64,000 bases of DNA from Desulfobacterales bacterium (GCA_963668645.2 CAXXWC010000008.1:1-64000), one strand, 5' to 3'; shown: positions 1 to 14,365, counted from the stretch's first letter. The notes: generated by a model not told the origin, from the sequence alone. Numbers and translations: made by a program.

Positions 1-3000
1 CCGGCCGACGGCGAGGAAGGCACGGTGGTGATCGATTACACGATCACCGATGCGGACGGCGACACGTCCTCTTCGACGCTGACGATCGCGCTGGGCGAGG
101 ACTCGACGCCGCAGATCGGCCCGGCCAGCGGTCAGGTGGAGGAAGCGGACCTGCCGGACGATACGACCAGCGGCACGTTTGCCATCACCAGCGCGGATGC
201 GATTGCCGCGGTGCGTGTGGCCGGCGTGGATGTCACGGCCGGCGGCACGGTGACCGGCACGTACGGGACCTTGGAGGTGACGGTCGACAACGGCACATAC
301 AGCTGGGAGTACACACTGTCGCAAAAACACCCTGGATCACAGCGCCCAGGGCAACGACACGGTGACCGACACGTTCGCGCTTCAGGTGGAGGACTCTGAC
401 GGGGATGTGGAAGGCGACACGCTGACCATCACGGTGGTCGACGATGTGCCGGTGGCGGTGGCCGACACGGCCACGCAGGGTTCCGAGGATGCCAACATTG
501 TTTACAACGTGCTGACCAACACGGACGGCACCAGCGATGATCCTGGAGCCGACGGCCGCCGCGCTGACGGCGGCCTCGGTGAACACGGGTTCGGGTTCGG
601 TGAGTTTTCTGGCCAACGGTCAGATCACCTATGATCCGGCCGACGGCGAGGAAGGCACGGTGGTCATCGATTACACGATCACCGATGCGGACGGCGACAC
701 GTCCTCTTCGACGCTGACGATCACGCTGGGCGAGGACTCGACGCCGCAGATCGGCCCGGCCAGCGGTCAGGTGGAGGAAGCGGACCTGCCGGACGATACG
801 ACCAGCGGCACGTTTGCCATCACCAGCGCGGATGCGATTGCCGCGGTGCGTGTGGCCGGCGTGGATGTCACGGCCGGCGGCACGGTGACCGGCACGTACG
901 GGACCTTGGAGGTGACGGTCGACAACGGCACATACAGCTGGGAGTACACACTGTCGCAAAACACCCTGGATCACAGCGCCCAGGGCAACGACACGGTGAC
1001 CGACACGTTCGCGCTTCAGGTGGAGGACTCTGACGGGGATGTGGAAGGCGACACGCTGACCATCACGGTGGTCGACGATGTGCCGGTGGCGGTGGCCGAC
1101 ACGGCCACGCAGGGTTCCGAGGATGCCAACATTGTTTACAACGTGCTGACCAACACGGACGGCACCAGCGATGATCCTGGAGCCGACGGCGCCGCGCTGA
1201 CGGCGGCCTCGGTGAACACGGGTTCGGGTTCGGTGAGTTTTCTGGCCAACGGTCAGATCACCTATGATCCGGCCGACGGCGAGGAAGGCACGGTGGTGAT
1301 CGATTACACGATCACCGATGCGGACGGCGACACGTCCTCTTCGACGCTGACGATCGCGCTGGGCGAGGACTCGACGCCGCAGATCGGCCCGGCCAGCGGT
1401 CAGGTGGAGGAAGCGGACCTGCCGGACGATACGACCAGCGGCACGTTTGCCATCACCAGCGCGGATGCGATTGCCGCGGTGCGTGTGGCCGGCGTGGATG
1501 TCACGGCCGGCGGCACGGTGACCGGCACGTACGGGACCTTGGAGGTGACGGTCGACAACGGCACATACAGCTGGGAGTACACACTGTCGCAAAACACCCT
1601 GGATCACAGCGCCCAGGGCAACGACACGGTGACCGACACGTTCGCGCTTCAGGTGGAGGACTCTGACGGGGATGTGGAAGGCGACACGCTGACCATCACG
1701 GTGGTCGACGATGTGCCGGTGGCGGTGGCCGACACGGCCACGCAGGGTTCCGAGGATGCCAACATTGTTTACAACGTGCTGACCAACACGGACGGCACCA
1801 GCGATGATCCTGGAGCCGACGGCGCCGCGCTGACGGCGGCCTCGGTGAACACGGGTTCGGGTTCGGTGAGTTTTCTGGCCAACGGTCAGATCACCTATGA
1901 TCCGGCCGACGGCGAGGAAGGCACGGTGGTCATCGATTACACGATCACCGATGCGGACGGCGACACGTCCTCTTCGACGCTGACGATCGCGCTGGGCGAG
2001 GACTCGACGCCGCAGATCGGCCCGGCCAGCGGTCAGGTGGAGGAAGCGGACCTGCCGGACGATACGACCAGCGGCACGTTTGCCATCACCAGCGCGGATG
2101 CGATTGCCGCGGTGCGTGTGGCCGGCGTGGATGTCACGGCCGGCGGCACGGTGACCGGCACGTACGGGACCTTGGAGGTGACGGTCGACAACGGCACATA
2201 CAGCTGGGAGTACACACTGTCGCAAAACACCCTGGATCACAGCGCCCAGGGCAACGACACGGTGACCGACACGTTCGCGCTTCAGGTGGAGGACTCTGAC
2301 GGGGATGTGGAAGGCGACACGCTGACCATCACGGTGGTCGACGATGTGCCGGTGGCGGTGGCCGACACGGCCACGCAGGGTTCCGAGGATGCCAACATTG
2401 TTTACAACGTGCTGACCAACACGGACGGCACCAGCGATGATCCTGGAGCCGACGGCGCCGCGCTGACGGCGGCCTCGGTGAACACGGGTTCGGGTTCGGT
2501 GAGTTTTCTGGCCAACGGTCAGATCACCTATGATCCGGCCGACGGCGAGGAAGGCACGGTGGTCATCGATTACACGATCACCGATGCGGACGGCGACACG
2601 TCCTCTTCGACGCTGACGATCGCGCTGGGCGAGGACTCGACGCCGCAGATCGGCCCGGCCAGCGGTCAGGTGGAGGAAGCGGACCTGCCGGACGATACGA
2701 CCAGCGGCACGTTTGCCATCACCAGCGCGGATGCGATTGCCGCGGTGCGTGTGGCCGGCGTGGATGTCACGGCCGGCGGCACGGTGACCGGCACGTACGG
2801 GACCTTGGAGGTGACGGTCGACAACGGCACATACAGCTGGGAGTACACACTGTCGCAAAACACCCTGGATCACAGCGCCCAGGGCAACGACACGGTGACC
2901 GACACGTTCGCGCTTCAGGTGGAGGACTCTGACGGGGATGTGGAAGGCGACACGCTGACCATCACGGTGGTCGACGATGTGCCGGTGGCGGTGGCCGACA

Positions 3001-6000
3001 CGGCCACGCAGGGTTCCGAGGATGCCAACATTGTTTACAACGTGCTGACCAACACGGACGGCACCAGCGATGATCCTGGAGCCGACGGCGCCGCGCTGAC
3101 GGCGGCCTCGGTGAACACGGGTTCGGGTTCGGTGAGTTTTCTGGCCAACGGTCAGATCACCTATGATCCGGCCGACGGCGAGGAAGGCACGGTGGTGATC
3201 GATTACACGATCACCGATGCGGACGGCGACACGTCCTCTTCGACGCTGACGATCGCGCTGGGCGAGGACTCGACGCCGCAGATCGGCCCGGCCAGCGGTC
3301 AGGTGGAGGAAGCGGACCTGCCGGACGATACGACCAGCGGCACGTTTGCCATCACCAGCGCGGATGCGATTGCCGCGGTGCGTGTGGCCGGCGTGGATGT
3401 CACGGCCGGCGGCACGGTGACCGGCACGTACGGGACCTTGGAGGTGACGGTCGACAACGGCACATACAGCTGGGAGTACACACTGTCGCAAAACACCCTG
3501 GATCACAGCGCCCAGGGCAACGACACGGTGACCGACACGTTCGCGCTTCAGGTGGAGGACTCTGACGGGGATGTGGAAGGCGACACGCTGACCATCACGG
3601 TGGTCGACGATGTGCCGGTGGCGGTGGCCGACACGGCCACGCAGGGTTCCGAGGATGCCAACATTGTTTACAACGTGCTGACCAACACGGACGGCACCAG
3701 CGATGATCCTGGAGCCGACGGCGCCGCGCTGACGGCGGCCTCGGTGAACACGGGTTCGGGTTCGGTGAGTTTTCTGGCCAACGGTCAGATCACCTATGAT
3801 CCGGCCGACGGCGAGGAAGGCACGGTGGTCATCGATTACACGATCACCGATGCGGACGGCGACACGTCCTCTTCGACGCTGACGATCACGCTGGGCGAGG
3901 ACTCGACGCCGCAGATCGGCCCGGCCAGCGGTCAGGTGGAGGAAGCGGACCTGCCGGACGATACGACCAGCGGCACGTTTGCCATCACCAGCGCGGATGC
4001 GATTGCCGCGGTGCGTGTGGCCGGCGTGGATGTCACGGCCGGCGGCACGGTGACCGGCACGTACGGGACCTTGGAGGTGACGGTCGACAACGGCACATAC
4101 AGCTGGGAGTACACACTGTCGCAAAACACCCTGGATCACAGCGCCCAGGGCAACGACACGGTGACCGACACGTTCGCGCTTCAGGTGGAGGACTCTGACG
4201 GGGATGTGGAAGGCGACACGCTGACCATCACGGTGGTCGACGATGTGCCGGTGGCGGTGGCCGACACGGCCACGCAGGGTTCCGAGGATGCCAACATTGT
4301 TTACAACGTGCTGACCAACACGGACGGCACCAGCGATGATCCTGGAGCCGACGGCGCCGCGCTGACGGCGGCCTCGGTGAACACGGGTTCGGGTTCGGTG
4401 AGTTTTCTGGCCAACGGTCAGATCACCTATGATCCGGCCGACGGCGAGGAAGGCACGGTGGTGATCGATTACACGATCACCGATGCGGACGGCGACACGT
4501 CCTCTTCGACGCTGACGATCGCGCTGGGCGAGGACTCGACGCCGCAGATCGGCCCGGCCAGCGGTCAGGTGGAGGAAGCGGACCTGCCGGACGATACGAC
4601 CAGCGGCACGTTTGCCATCACCAGCGCGGATGCGATTGCCGCGGTGCGTGTGGCCGGCGTGGATGTCACGGCCGGCGGCACGGTGACCGGCACGTACGGG
4701 ACCTTGGAGGTGACGGTCGACAACGGCACATACAGCTGGGAGTACACACTGTCGCAAAACACCCTGGATCACAGCGCCCAGGGCAACGACACGGTGACCG
4801 ACACGTTCGCGCTTCAGGTGGAGGACTCTGACGGGGATGTGGAAGGCGACACGCTGACCATCACGGTGGTCGACGATGTGCCGGTGGCGGTGGCCGACAC
4901 GGCCACGCAGGGTTCCGAGGATGCCAACATTGTTTACAACGTGCTGACCAACACGGACGGCACCAGCGATGATCCTGGAGCCGACGGCGCCGCGCTGACG
5001 GCGGCCTCGGTGAACACGGGTTCGGGTTCGGTGAGTTTTCTGGCCAACGGTCAGATCACCTATGATCCGGCCGACGGCGAGGAAGGCACGGTGGTCATCG
5101 ATTACACGATCACCGATGCGGACGGCGACACGTCCTCTTCGACGCTGACGATCGCGCTGGGCGAGGACTCGACGCCGCAGATCGGCCCGGCCAGCGGTCA
5201 GGTGGAGGAAGCGGACCTGCCGGACGATACGACCAGCGGCACGTTTGCCATCACCAGCGCGGATGCGATTGCCGCGGTGCGTGTGGCCGGCGTGGATGTC
5301 ACGGCCGGCGGCACGGTGACCGGCACGTACGGGACCTTGGAGGTGACGGTCGACAACGGCACATACAGCTGGGAGTACACACTGTCGCAAAACACCCTGG
5401 ATCACAGCGCCCAGGGCAACGACACGGTGACCGACACGTTCGCGCTTCAGGTGGAGGACTCTGACGGGGATGTGGAAGGCGACACGCTGACCATCACGGT
5501 GGTCGACGATGTGCCGGTGGCGGTGGCCGACACGGCCACGCAGGGTTCCGAGGATGCCAACATTGTTTACAACGTGCTGACCAACACGGACGGCACCAGC
5601 GATGATCCTGGAGCCGACGGCGCCGCGCTGACGGCGGCCTCGGTGAACACGGGTTCGGGTTCGGTGAGTTTTCTGGCCAACGGTCAGATCACCTATGATC
5701 CGGCCGACGGCGAGGAAGGCACGGTGGTCATCGATTACACGATCACCGATGCGGACGGCGACACGTCCTCTTCGACGCTGACAATCGCGCTGGGCGAGGA
5801 CTCGACGCCGCAGATCGGCCCGGCCAGCGGTCAGGTGGAGGAAGCGGACCTGCCGGACGATACGACCAGCGGCACGTTTGCCATCACCAGCGCGGATGCG
5901 ATTGCCGCGGTGCGTGTGGCCGGCGTGGATGTCACGGCCGGCGGCACGGTGACCGGCACGTACGGGACCTTGGAGGTGACGGTCGACAACGGCACATACA

Positions 6001-9000
6001 GCTGGGAGTACACACTGTCGCAAAACACCCTGGATCACAGCGCCCAGGGCAACGACACGGTGACCGACACGTTCGCGCTTCAGGTGGAGGACTCTGACGG
6101 GGATGTGGAAGGCGACACGCTGACCATCACGGTGGTCGACGATGTGCCGGTGGCGGTGGCCGACACGGCCACGCAGGGTTCCGAGGATGCCAACATTGTT
6201 TACAACGTGCTGACCAACACGGACGGCACCAGCGATGATCCTGGAGCCGACGGCGCCGCGCTGACGGCGGCCTCGGTGAACACGGGTTCGGGTTCGGTGA
6301 GTTTTCTGGCCAACGGTCAGATCACCTATGATCCGGCCGACGGCGAGGAAGGCACGGTGGTGATCGATTACACGATCACCGATGCGGACGGCGACACGTC
6401 CTCTTCGACGCTGACGATCACGCTGGGCGAGGACTCGACGCCGCAGATCGGCCCGGCCAGCGGTCAGGTGGAGGAAGCGGACCTGCCGGACGATACGACC
6501 AGCGGCACGTTTGCCATCACCAGCGCGGATGCGATTGCCGCGGTGCGTGTGGCCGGCGTGGATGTCACGGCCGGCGGCACGGTGACCGGCACGTACGGGA
6601 CCTTGGAGGTGACGGTCGACAACGGCACATACAGCTGGGAGTACACACTGTCGCAAAACACCCTGGATCACAGCGCCCAGGGCAACGACACGGTGACCGA
6701 CACGTTCGCGCTTCAGGTGGAGGACTCTGACGGGGATGTGGAAGGCGACACGCTGACCATCACGGTGGTCGACGATGTGCCGGTGGCGGTGGCCGACACG
6801 GCCACGCAGGGTTCCGAGGATGCCAACATTGTTTACAACGTGCTGACCAACACGGACGGCACCAGCGATGATCCTGGAGCCGACGGCGCCGCGCTGACGG
6901 CGGCCTCGGTGAACACGGGTTCGGGTTCGGTGAGTTTTCTGGCCAACGGTCAGATCACCTATGATCCGGCCGACGGCGAGGAAGGCACGGTGGTCATCGA
7001 TTACACGATCACCGATGCGGACGGCGACACGTCCTCTTCGACGCTGACGATCGCGCTGGGCGAGGACTCGACGCCGCAGATCGGCCCGGCCAGCGGTCAG
7101 GTGGAGGAAGCGGACCTGCCGGACGATACGACCAGCGGCACGTTTGCCATCACCAGCGCGGATGCGATTGCCGCGGTGCGTGTGGCCGGCGTGGATGTCA
7201 CGGCCGGCGGCACGGTGACCGGCACGTACGGGACCTTGGAGGTGACGGTCGACAACGGCACATACAGCTGGGAGTACACACTGTCGCAAAACACCCTGGA
7301 TCACAGCGCCCAGGGCAACGACACGGTGACCGACACGTTCGCGCTTCAGGTGGAGGACTCTGACGGGGATGTGGAAGGCGACACGCTGACCATCACGGTG
7401 GTCGACGATGTGCCGGTGGCGGTGGCCGACACGGCCACGCAGGGTTCCGAGGATGCCAACATTGTTTACAACGTGCTGACCAACACGGACGGCACCAGCG
7501 ATGATCCTGGAGCCGACGGCGCCGCGCTGACGGCGGCCTCGGTGAACACGGGTTCGGGTTCGGTGAGTTTTCTGGCCAACGGTCAGATCACCTATGATCC
7601 GGCCGACGGCGAGGAAGGCACGGTGGTCATCGATTACACGATCACCGATGCGGACGGCGACACGTCCTCTTCGACGCTGACGATCGCGTTGGGCGAGGAC
7701 TCGACGCCGCAGATCGGCCCGGCCAGCGGGCAGGTGGAGGAAGCGGACCTGCCGGACGATACGACCAGCGGCACGTTTGCCATCACCAGCGCGGATGCGA
7801 TTGCCGCGGTGCGTGTGGCCGGCGTGGATGTCACGGCCGGCGGCACGGTGACCGGCACGTACGGGACCTTGGAGGTGACGGTCGACAACGGCACATACAG
7901 CTGGGAGTACACACTGTCGCAAAACACCCTGGATCACAGCGCCCAGGGCAACGACACGGTGACCGACACGTTCGCGCTTCAGGTGGAGGACTCTGACGGG
8001 GATGTGGAAGGCGACACGCTGACCATCACGGTGGTCGACGATGTGCCGGTGGCGGTGGCCGACACGGCCACGCAGGGTTCCGAGGATGCCAACATTGTTT
8101 ACAACGTGCTGACCAACACGGACGGCACCAGCGATGATCCTGGAGCCGACGGCGCCGCGCTGACGGCGGCCTCGGTGAACACGGGTTCGGGTTCGGTGAG
8201 TTTTCTGGCCAACGGTCAGATCACCTATGATCCGGCCGACGGCGAGGAAGGCACGGTGGTCATCGATTACACGATCACCGATGCGGACGGCGACACGTCC
8301 TCTTCGACGCTGACGATCGCGTTGGGCGAGGACTCGACGCCGCAGATCGGCCCGGCCAGCGGGCAGGTGGAGGAAGCGGACCTGCCGGACGATACGACCA
8401 GCGGCACGTTTGCCATCACCAGCGCGGATGCGATTGCCGCGGTGCGTGTGGCCGGCGTGGATGTCACGGCCGGCGGCACGGTGACCGGCACGTACGGGAC
8501 CTTGGAGGTGACGGTCGACAACGGCACATACAGCTGGGAGTACACACTGTCGCAAAACACCCTGGATCACAGCGCCCAGGGCAACGACACGGTGACCGAC
8601 ACGTTCGCGCTTCAGGTGGAGGACTCTGACGGGGATGTGGAAGGCGACACGCTGACCATCACGGTGGTCGACGATGTGCCGGTGGCGGTGGCCGACACGG
8701 CCACGCAGGGTTCCGAGGATGCCAACATTGTTTACAACGTGCTGACCAACACGGACGGCACCAGCGATGATCCTGGAGCCGACGGCGCCGCGCTGACGGC
8801 GGCCTCGGTGAACACGGGTTCGGGTTCGGTGAGTTTTCTGGCCAACGGTCAGATCACCTATGATCCGGCCGACGGCGAGGAAGGCACGGTGGTGATCGAT
8901 TACACGATCACCGATGCGGACGGCGACACGTCCTCTTCGACGCTGACGATCGCGCTGGGCGAGGACTCGACGCCGCAGATCGGCCCGGCCAGCGGTCAGG

Positions 9001-9319
9001 TGGAGGAAGCGGACCTGCCGGACGATACGACCAGCGGCACGTTTGCCATCACCAGCGCGGATGCGATTGCCGCGGTGCGTGTGGCCGGCGTGGATGTCAC
9101 GGCCGGCGGCACGGTGACCGGCACGTACGGGACCTTGGAGGTGACGGTCGACAACGGCACATACAGCTGGGAGTACACACTGTCGCAAAACACCCTGGAT
9201 CACAGCGCCCAGGGCAACGACACGGTGACCGACACGTTCGCGCTTCAGGTGGAGGACTCTGACGGGGATGTGGAAGGCGACACGCTGACCATCACGGTGG
9301 TCGACGATGTGCCGGTGGC
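1..9319 (+). repeat. Tandem array of 633-bp near-identical units (about 14.7 copies visible)
   Basis: Identical antisense mini-ORFs recur every 633 bp (767, 1400, 2033 ... 8996). The sequence diverges after GTGCCGGTGGC at about 9319. Confidence 0.98.
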
Positions 9320-12300
9320 TGGCACAACAACCGCAGCCACCCTCGACGATGAAGGACTCTCCGGTGGCAACCTTGGCGGGGCAGGCGATGTGGCAGGTGA
9401 ACTGACGACGACAAGTGGTACTTTGCCGTACAACTTTGGCGCTGACGGTTCCGGTTCCGTAGGCTTTAGTGCAATGGACGGTCAATCCGGAACCATAGGT
9501 GTCGAGTCTGTCACCTACAATTGGAATTCAACCACAAATACCCTGACCGCAGATTCGGCGACAAGAGGGACGATTTTAACCATAGTGGTGACCGATCCGG
9601 CCACTGGCGCCTACGAACTGACGTTAAACCAGAATATACTCCACGAATCGTTGGATGGTCAGGCTGGCGATGACACGGAGAATGATGCCTCGGTGTCGCT
9701 TACTTATACGGTAACAGACGGCGACGGCGACACGGCACAGGGAACGCTCGCCTTGAATTTTGATGATGACACCCCCGTCTTCACCTCGGCCGAGGATACG
9801 ACCGTCAGCAATAACGCAGGCGAGACGGCTACGGGCGATTTTGTCCTGAGCATCGGGGCAGACCAGCCGGTACCAGGAGGGGCGTTCAGTTTGCTGGGCA
9901 ATACGGCTCCGGCAGATCTTACATCCAGCGGCCAGACGGTTTCCTACTATGTCGATCCGAGCGATCCTGGCACGCTGATCGCCTATACGGGTACCGACCC
10001 CAGCATCACGGCAAACCAGGTTTTCACGCTGACCTTGGACAGCGATGGCGACGGCTATAGCTTCACCCTCCACCAGACGATCGACAATACCGAGCTTGTC
10101 GAAATCGGTTCATCGTCGTCTTTCGGATCAGGTCCGACGGGCTACCAGATCCTGCAGGATGCGGGAGCAACGCAGCAACTGGCCGTTCTTTCGGGCTGGG
10201 AGACGGATGATGGTTTCTGGACTCCTTCGGACTTAACGACTTGGTTAGATACAGGCGTTCTTAATGCCGGCCACGTCTCCCAGGCCGAGGTCAATGGTAG
10301 CACTGCTGGCTGGGGAATCGAAAATAACAATTTAGACGCCGGTGAGATTTTTCGGGCTGATTTCGATGACTTCGACGGTTTCGATTCTTTCACTTCGGCC
10401 TCTGGTTTTAACGGTCCCTCGGTTAATCTTGCGACCATCTCCTTGACGCATTTTTCCGGAACCGACCAGATTGCTTATGTCATTCACTATACCGACCAGA
10501 GTTTTACATCTGCCAGCGGAACCATTTTTGATCTTGCCGGCAACGATTTCACCATGACCCTAGGCGAGGAGGGCAAATTTATCGACTACATTGAGATTAT
10601 GGCCCTCAGTGGCAGCGGCAAATTTGACCTTGTCAACGTTTCTACCGTGACGGACGCCGATGACTTGGGTCTCGACTTTAGCGTTTCGGCAACGGATGCC
10701 GACGGTGATTCGGTTTCGCAGGATTTCAGTGTGACGATCACCGATGGTGGTCCCTCGATCGACTTGGCGGCGGCGTCGATCATGGTGGACGAGGACGATC
10801 TGCCCGGAGGCAACGCCGGTGGCGACGGGGATCTTGCCACACCGCATACGAGCGGTGTCCTTTCCGGGTTGGACTTCGGTACTGACGGTCCTGGAGATAT
10901 AGTGTTGAGCGAGTCTTCAGATATTGGGGTCAACACCCTGGCAGGAAATGCGATCGAGACGGTCTGGGATGGTGATACCCACACGTTGACGGGGCAGGAC
11001 TCGGTAACGGGGGACGATGTCTTCACGTTGCATATCACAGACGTGGAGACAGGGGAATATTCCTTCACCCTCCTGGAACCGGTTCAGCACACCGTGGCGG
11101 ATACAGAGGACGATCAAACCTTTTCCGTCGGGGTAACGGTCACCGATTCTGACGGAGACGAAGCGTCGGGTACAGTCAGCGTACTCATCGACGACGATAC
11201 GCCGACGGCCAGCGGCGTTTCTGTTGAGGTGGCGGAGGCAACGACGCCCAGCACGAATCTAATGATTATTCTGGATTTGTCCGGCAGCATGGATGATCCG
11301 TCGGGTGTCTCCGGATATGCTACACGTCTCGCCGTTGCAAAGGATGCGATTAATAAACTGATCAGTGAATATAATAGCCTTGGCGACGTTGTGGTCAGAA
11401 TCGTAACCTTCGGTGAGACCGCTACATCCGTCGGTTCCGACTGGATGACGGCAGGAGACGCTAAGCAGTGGATTCAGAATCTGTCAGATTATGCAGGCGA
11501 TGGGGGCACCAACTACGACGCGGCTCTGCAGACGGCGATGAGTGCCTTTGACGATCTCGGTAAAATCGCTGATGCGCAAAACGTTTCTTACTTTCTTTCC
11601 GATGGTGCCCCAACCGTTTCGAACAACAGTAACTACAATGGGTGGGAATACAATCCCGACCACGGTGACGGGATCGGAACCGAAGGGCTTAACGCATATG
11701 ATAATGAAATAAGCGAGCAGGAGTGGAAGACTTTCCTGGAATCCAACGATATTCTTTCCCATGCCCTTGGAATGGGGAGTGGGACAACCCAAGAGATGCT
11801 CAATCCAGTCGCATACGACGGTATCACACCGACTGATATTGATGCTGTCATTGTGGATGACATCAACGATGTGGATGATGTGCTGGTAGGGTCTGTGGTG
11901 ACGCCTCCCGCAACCGGGAGTCTTTTAGATGGGGTTGCTTTCGGTGCTGACGGACCCGGGACGTTGCAGGTCGTTGCCATCGCGCACGATGTCGATGGTA
12001 ACGGGACAATAGACACTAACGAAGTGTTTGATACGAGTTCTTCCGGCTATGATACCACCACTAACACGCTGACGATTACGACCCACGAGGGAGGCACTCT
12101 TGCGGTCAACTTTGAAAATGGGAATTACAGCTACTTATCACCGGACAGCGTGAGTGAAGACACCAGCGAAGTATTTACATACACCATCCAGGATGCGGAT
12201 GCTGACACGGCGACCGCGACGTTGACGGTCCAATTGACTGCACCGGGCATCTTTGTGGTGGGATCGCATGATGACGATTCCGGAACTTCTGTTTCTGCCT

Positions 12301-14096
12301 GGACCGTGCCCGATACCGGGTCGGGACAGATCAGTGGCAACGGTGGGGATGATTTGCTAATCGGCGATCCGGGCGGCACCGGCGTAGGAAGCGGCGATAC
12401 CGCGAATATCGTTTTGGTGTTGGATAGATCGGTCAGTATGGACGATCATATATCCTTCGACGGTTCCAGTATTACCCGGCTTGAGGCTTTGATAAATTCC
12501 GTTCAAAACACCCTGAACACGCTTTACAATTCAGGGGCTGAAAACGTACGCGTCCATATTGTTGAATTCAGCGAATCAGCAAGCACTGTTGGAACCTACG
12601 ACATTATTAGTAACGGCGTGCCCGATTTAACGGCACTTAACGATGCAATAAACGATGTTAACGATTTATCAGGAATGAACACAAGCAACTATGGAACCAA
12701 TTACGAGGCCGGTCTTCAGTTGGCTCAGGATTGGATTGAGGGGGGTACGATTGCTAACGTGTTGGCGAATGCCAATGTGAACCAACTGGTTTTTGTTTCG
12801 GATGGGGCACCGAACTATGCTGTGGATGACAACGGTGGTCTGATAACTTACTATGGTCAAAGCCAAAGCGCACAATCGGCCATCAACCAAATCCTCGGTG
12901 TCACTGATTCGACCAACGAAGTCACAGCCATCGAAAATGCTGGATTTACCATCGAAGCGGTCGGCATTAGCGTCGATACAGCGGCTCTCGGATATCTCGA
13001 CCAAGTAGAAGGCACCGGTGGTGACGCTGATAACGTTACCACGGCGGAACAGATGAGCGATGTGATCGATCAGCTTTCCAGTGGGACTTCCACTCTGGAT
13101 CAGGTCGGAGACGACAGCATCACCGGCGGCGACGGCGACGATATCATTTTGGGTGACGCGCCTTACACGGATGGCTTGGCCGCTAATCAGGGCCTTTCTA
13201 CCGATTCCGGAGGCGGATGGGAGGTGTTCGCGGCGCTTGAAAGTGGCCAGGGAACGACCGCCGATTGGGATCGGGCCGACACCATCGATTACATCCAGAA
13301 CAACCTGGAGGAAATTTCGACCGAGAGCGGCCGTGAAGGTGGCAACGACACCATCGATGGTGGCGATGGAAATGACATCATCTATGGCCAGGAGGGGGAT
13401 GACACGATATCCGGTGGTGCCGGTGACGACACCATCGACGGTGGTACGGGAACGGACACCCTGGACGGCGGCTCTGGCGACGACATTCTGGACGGCGGCC
13501 CCGGTGATGATGCCATCGACGGCGGTGAGGGCAGCGATCTGCTGGATTTCTCCGGGGCGACAGGAGGGATCGATTTCACCCTGACGCAGAGTGTCAGCTT
13601 TACAAGCACGGGAGAAATACAGGGTCTTGGTACCGATACATACAGCAACATGGAAGGCGTGATCGGCTCGGATTATAATGACATCATCACCGGTTCAAGC
13701 GGAGATGACCGACTGTTCGGCAATGACGGTGATGACCAACTGTTCGGCGGTTCAGGTGATGACACGCTGGACGGCGGTCTCGGTGACGATACCATGACCG
13801 GCGGCCTTGGTGCAGACGTCTTCAAGGCAGGTGAAGGGCAAGACACGATCACCGATTTTAGCCAGCCTGACGGGGATGTCCTTGACATCAGTCATGTAAT
13901 CGAAACAGGCAATACTCTTGATGTCGTGGAAGGCCTTGACGGCAAAGCTCAGCTCAACATAATGGATGGGACTGATGTGAAGGGAAGCGTACTCTTTGAC
14001 AATGTAAACTATGCCGATCTGGATCACACGGATCTTTCCCACGAGCTTGATTCGCTATTGGGGCCGAACGGCTTGGATGACGACCCAAATACATGA
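1..14096 (+). CDS. Giant repetitive RTX adhesin (LapA-like, predicted T1SS substrate); 5'-truncated by the window edge, with two apparent +1 frameshifts near 325 and 556
   Basis: ORF 537..14096 (4519 aa) is acidic and Thr/Asp/Gly-rich, with 211-aa Ig-like tandem repeats, two vWA MIDAS motifs (DLSGS, DRSVS), GGxGxD RTX nonapeptides near 13100-13860 and a DTITDF...GDVLDIS tail. The repeat continues upstream to base 1 in shifted frames. Confidence 0.92.
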
Positions 14097-14115
14097 TTTG
14101 AGTAGGTAGAGCTGG

Positions 14116-14170
14116 TAAGACTGCCGTGGAGGGGGGAGGGGTTAAGACACCTTACACGGCAGTCTTATTT
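14116..14170 (+). terminator. Hairpin downstream of the adhesin stop (terminator or stability stem)
   Basis: 13-bp perfect inverted repeat TAAGACTGCCGTG / CACGGCAGTCTTA followed by TTT; the 26-nt loop is unusually long. Confidence 0.55.
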
Positions 14171-14365
14171 GGAACATCCCGGAAAGGATTTACAGAGAAA
14201 GCAGCAAGATGACTCCGGGTCCGGTCCCGGCATCAGGAAGGATCCCACGGTCATGCCGAAGTAAGTTCCGACTTCGCCAGTCCTTTCGGTTGTCATCCAC
14301 CGTCAGAGATAGTTCATTTTCTTTCCATGTTTACTATCTCTCTTCCCGTTTCCCTTTGCGACTGC

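Noticed and set aside
1..9319. Possible CRISPR array or satellite DNA
   Set aside because: The unit is 633 bp, a multiple of 3, coding, and has no unique spacers; no cas genes are present.
429..9485. 3018-aa antisense ORF and the repeated 65/97-aa antisense ORFs
   Set aside because: Shadows of the repetitive, codon-biased adhesin: one stop-free unit is simply repeated, and the Arg/His/Gly-rich product is not protein-like.
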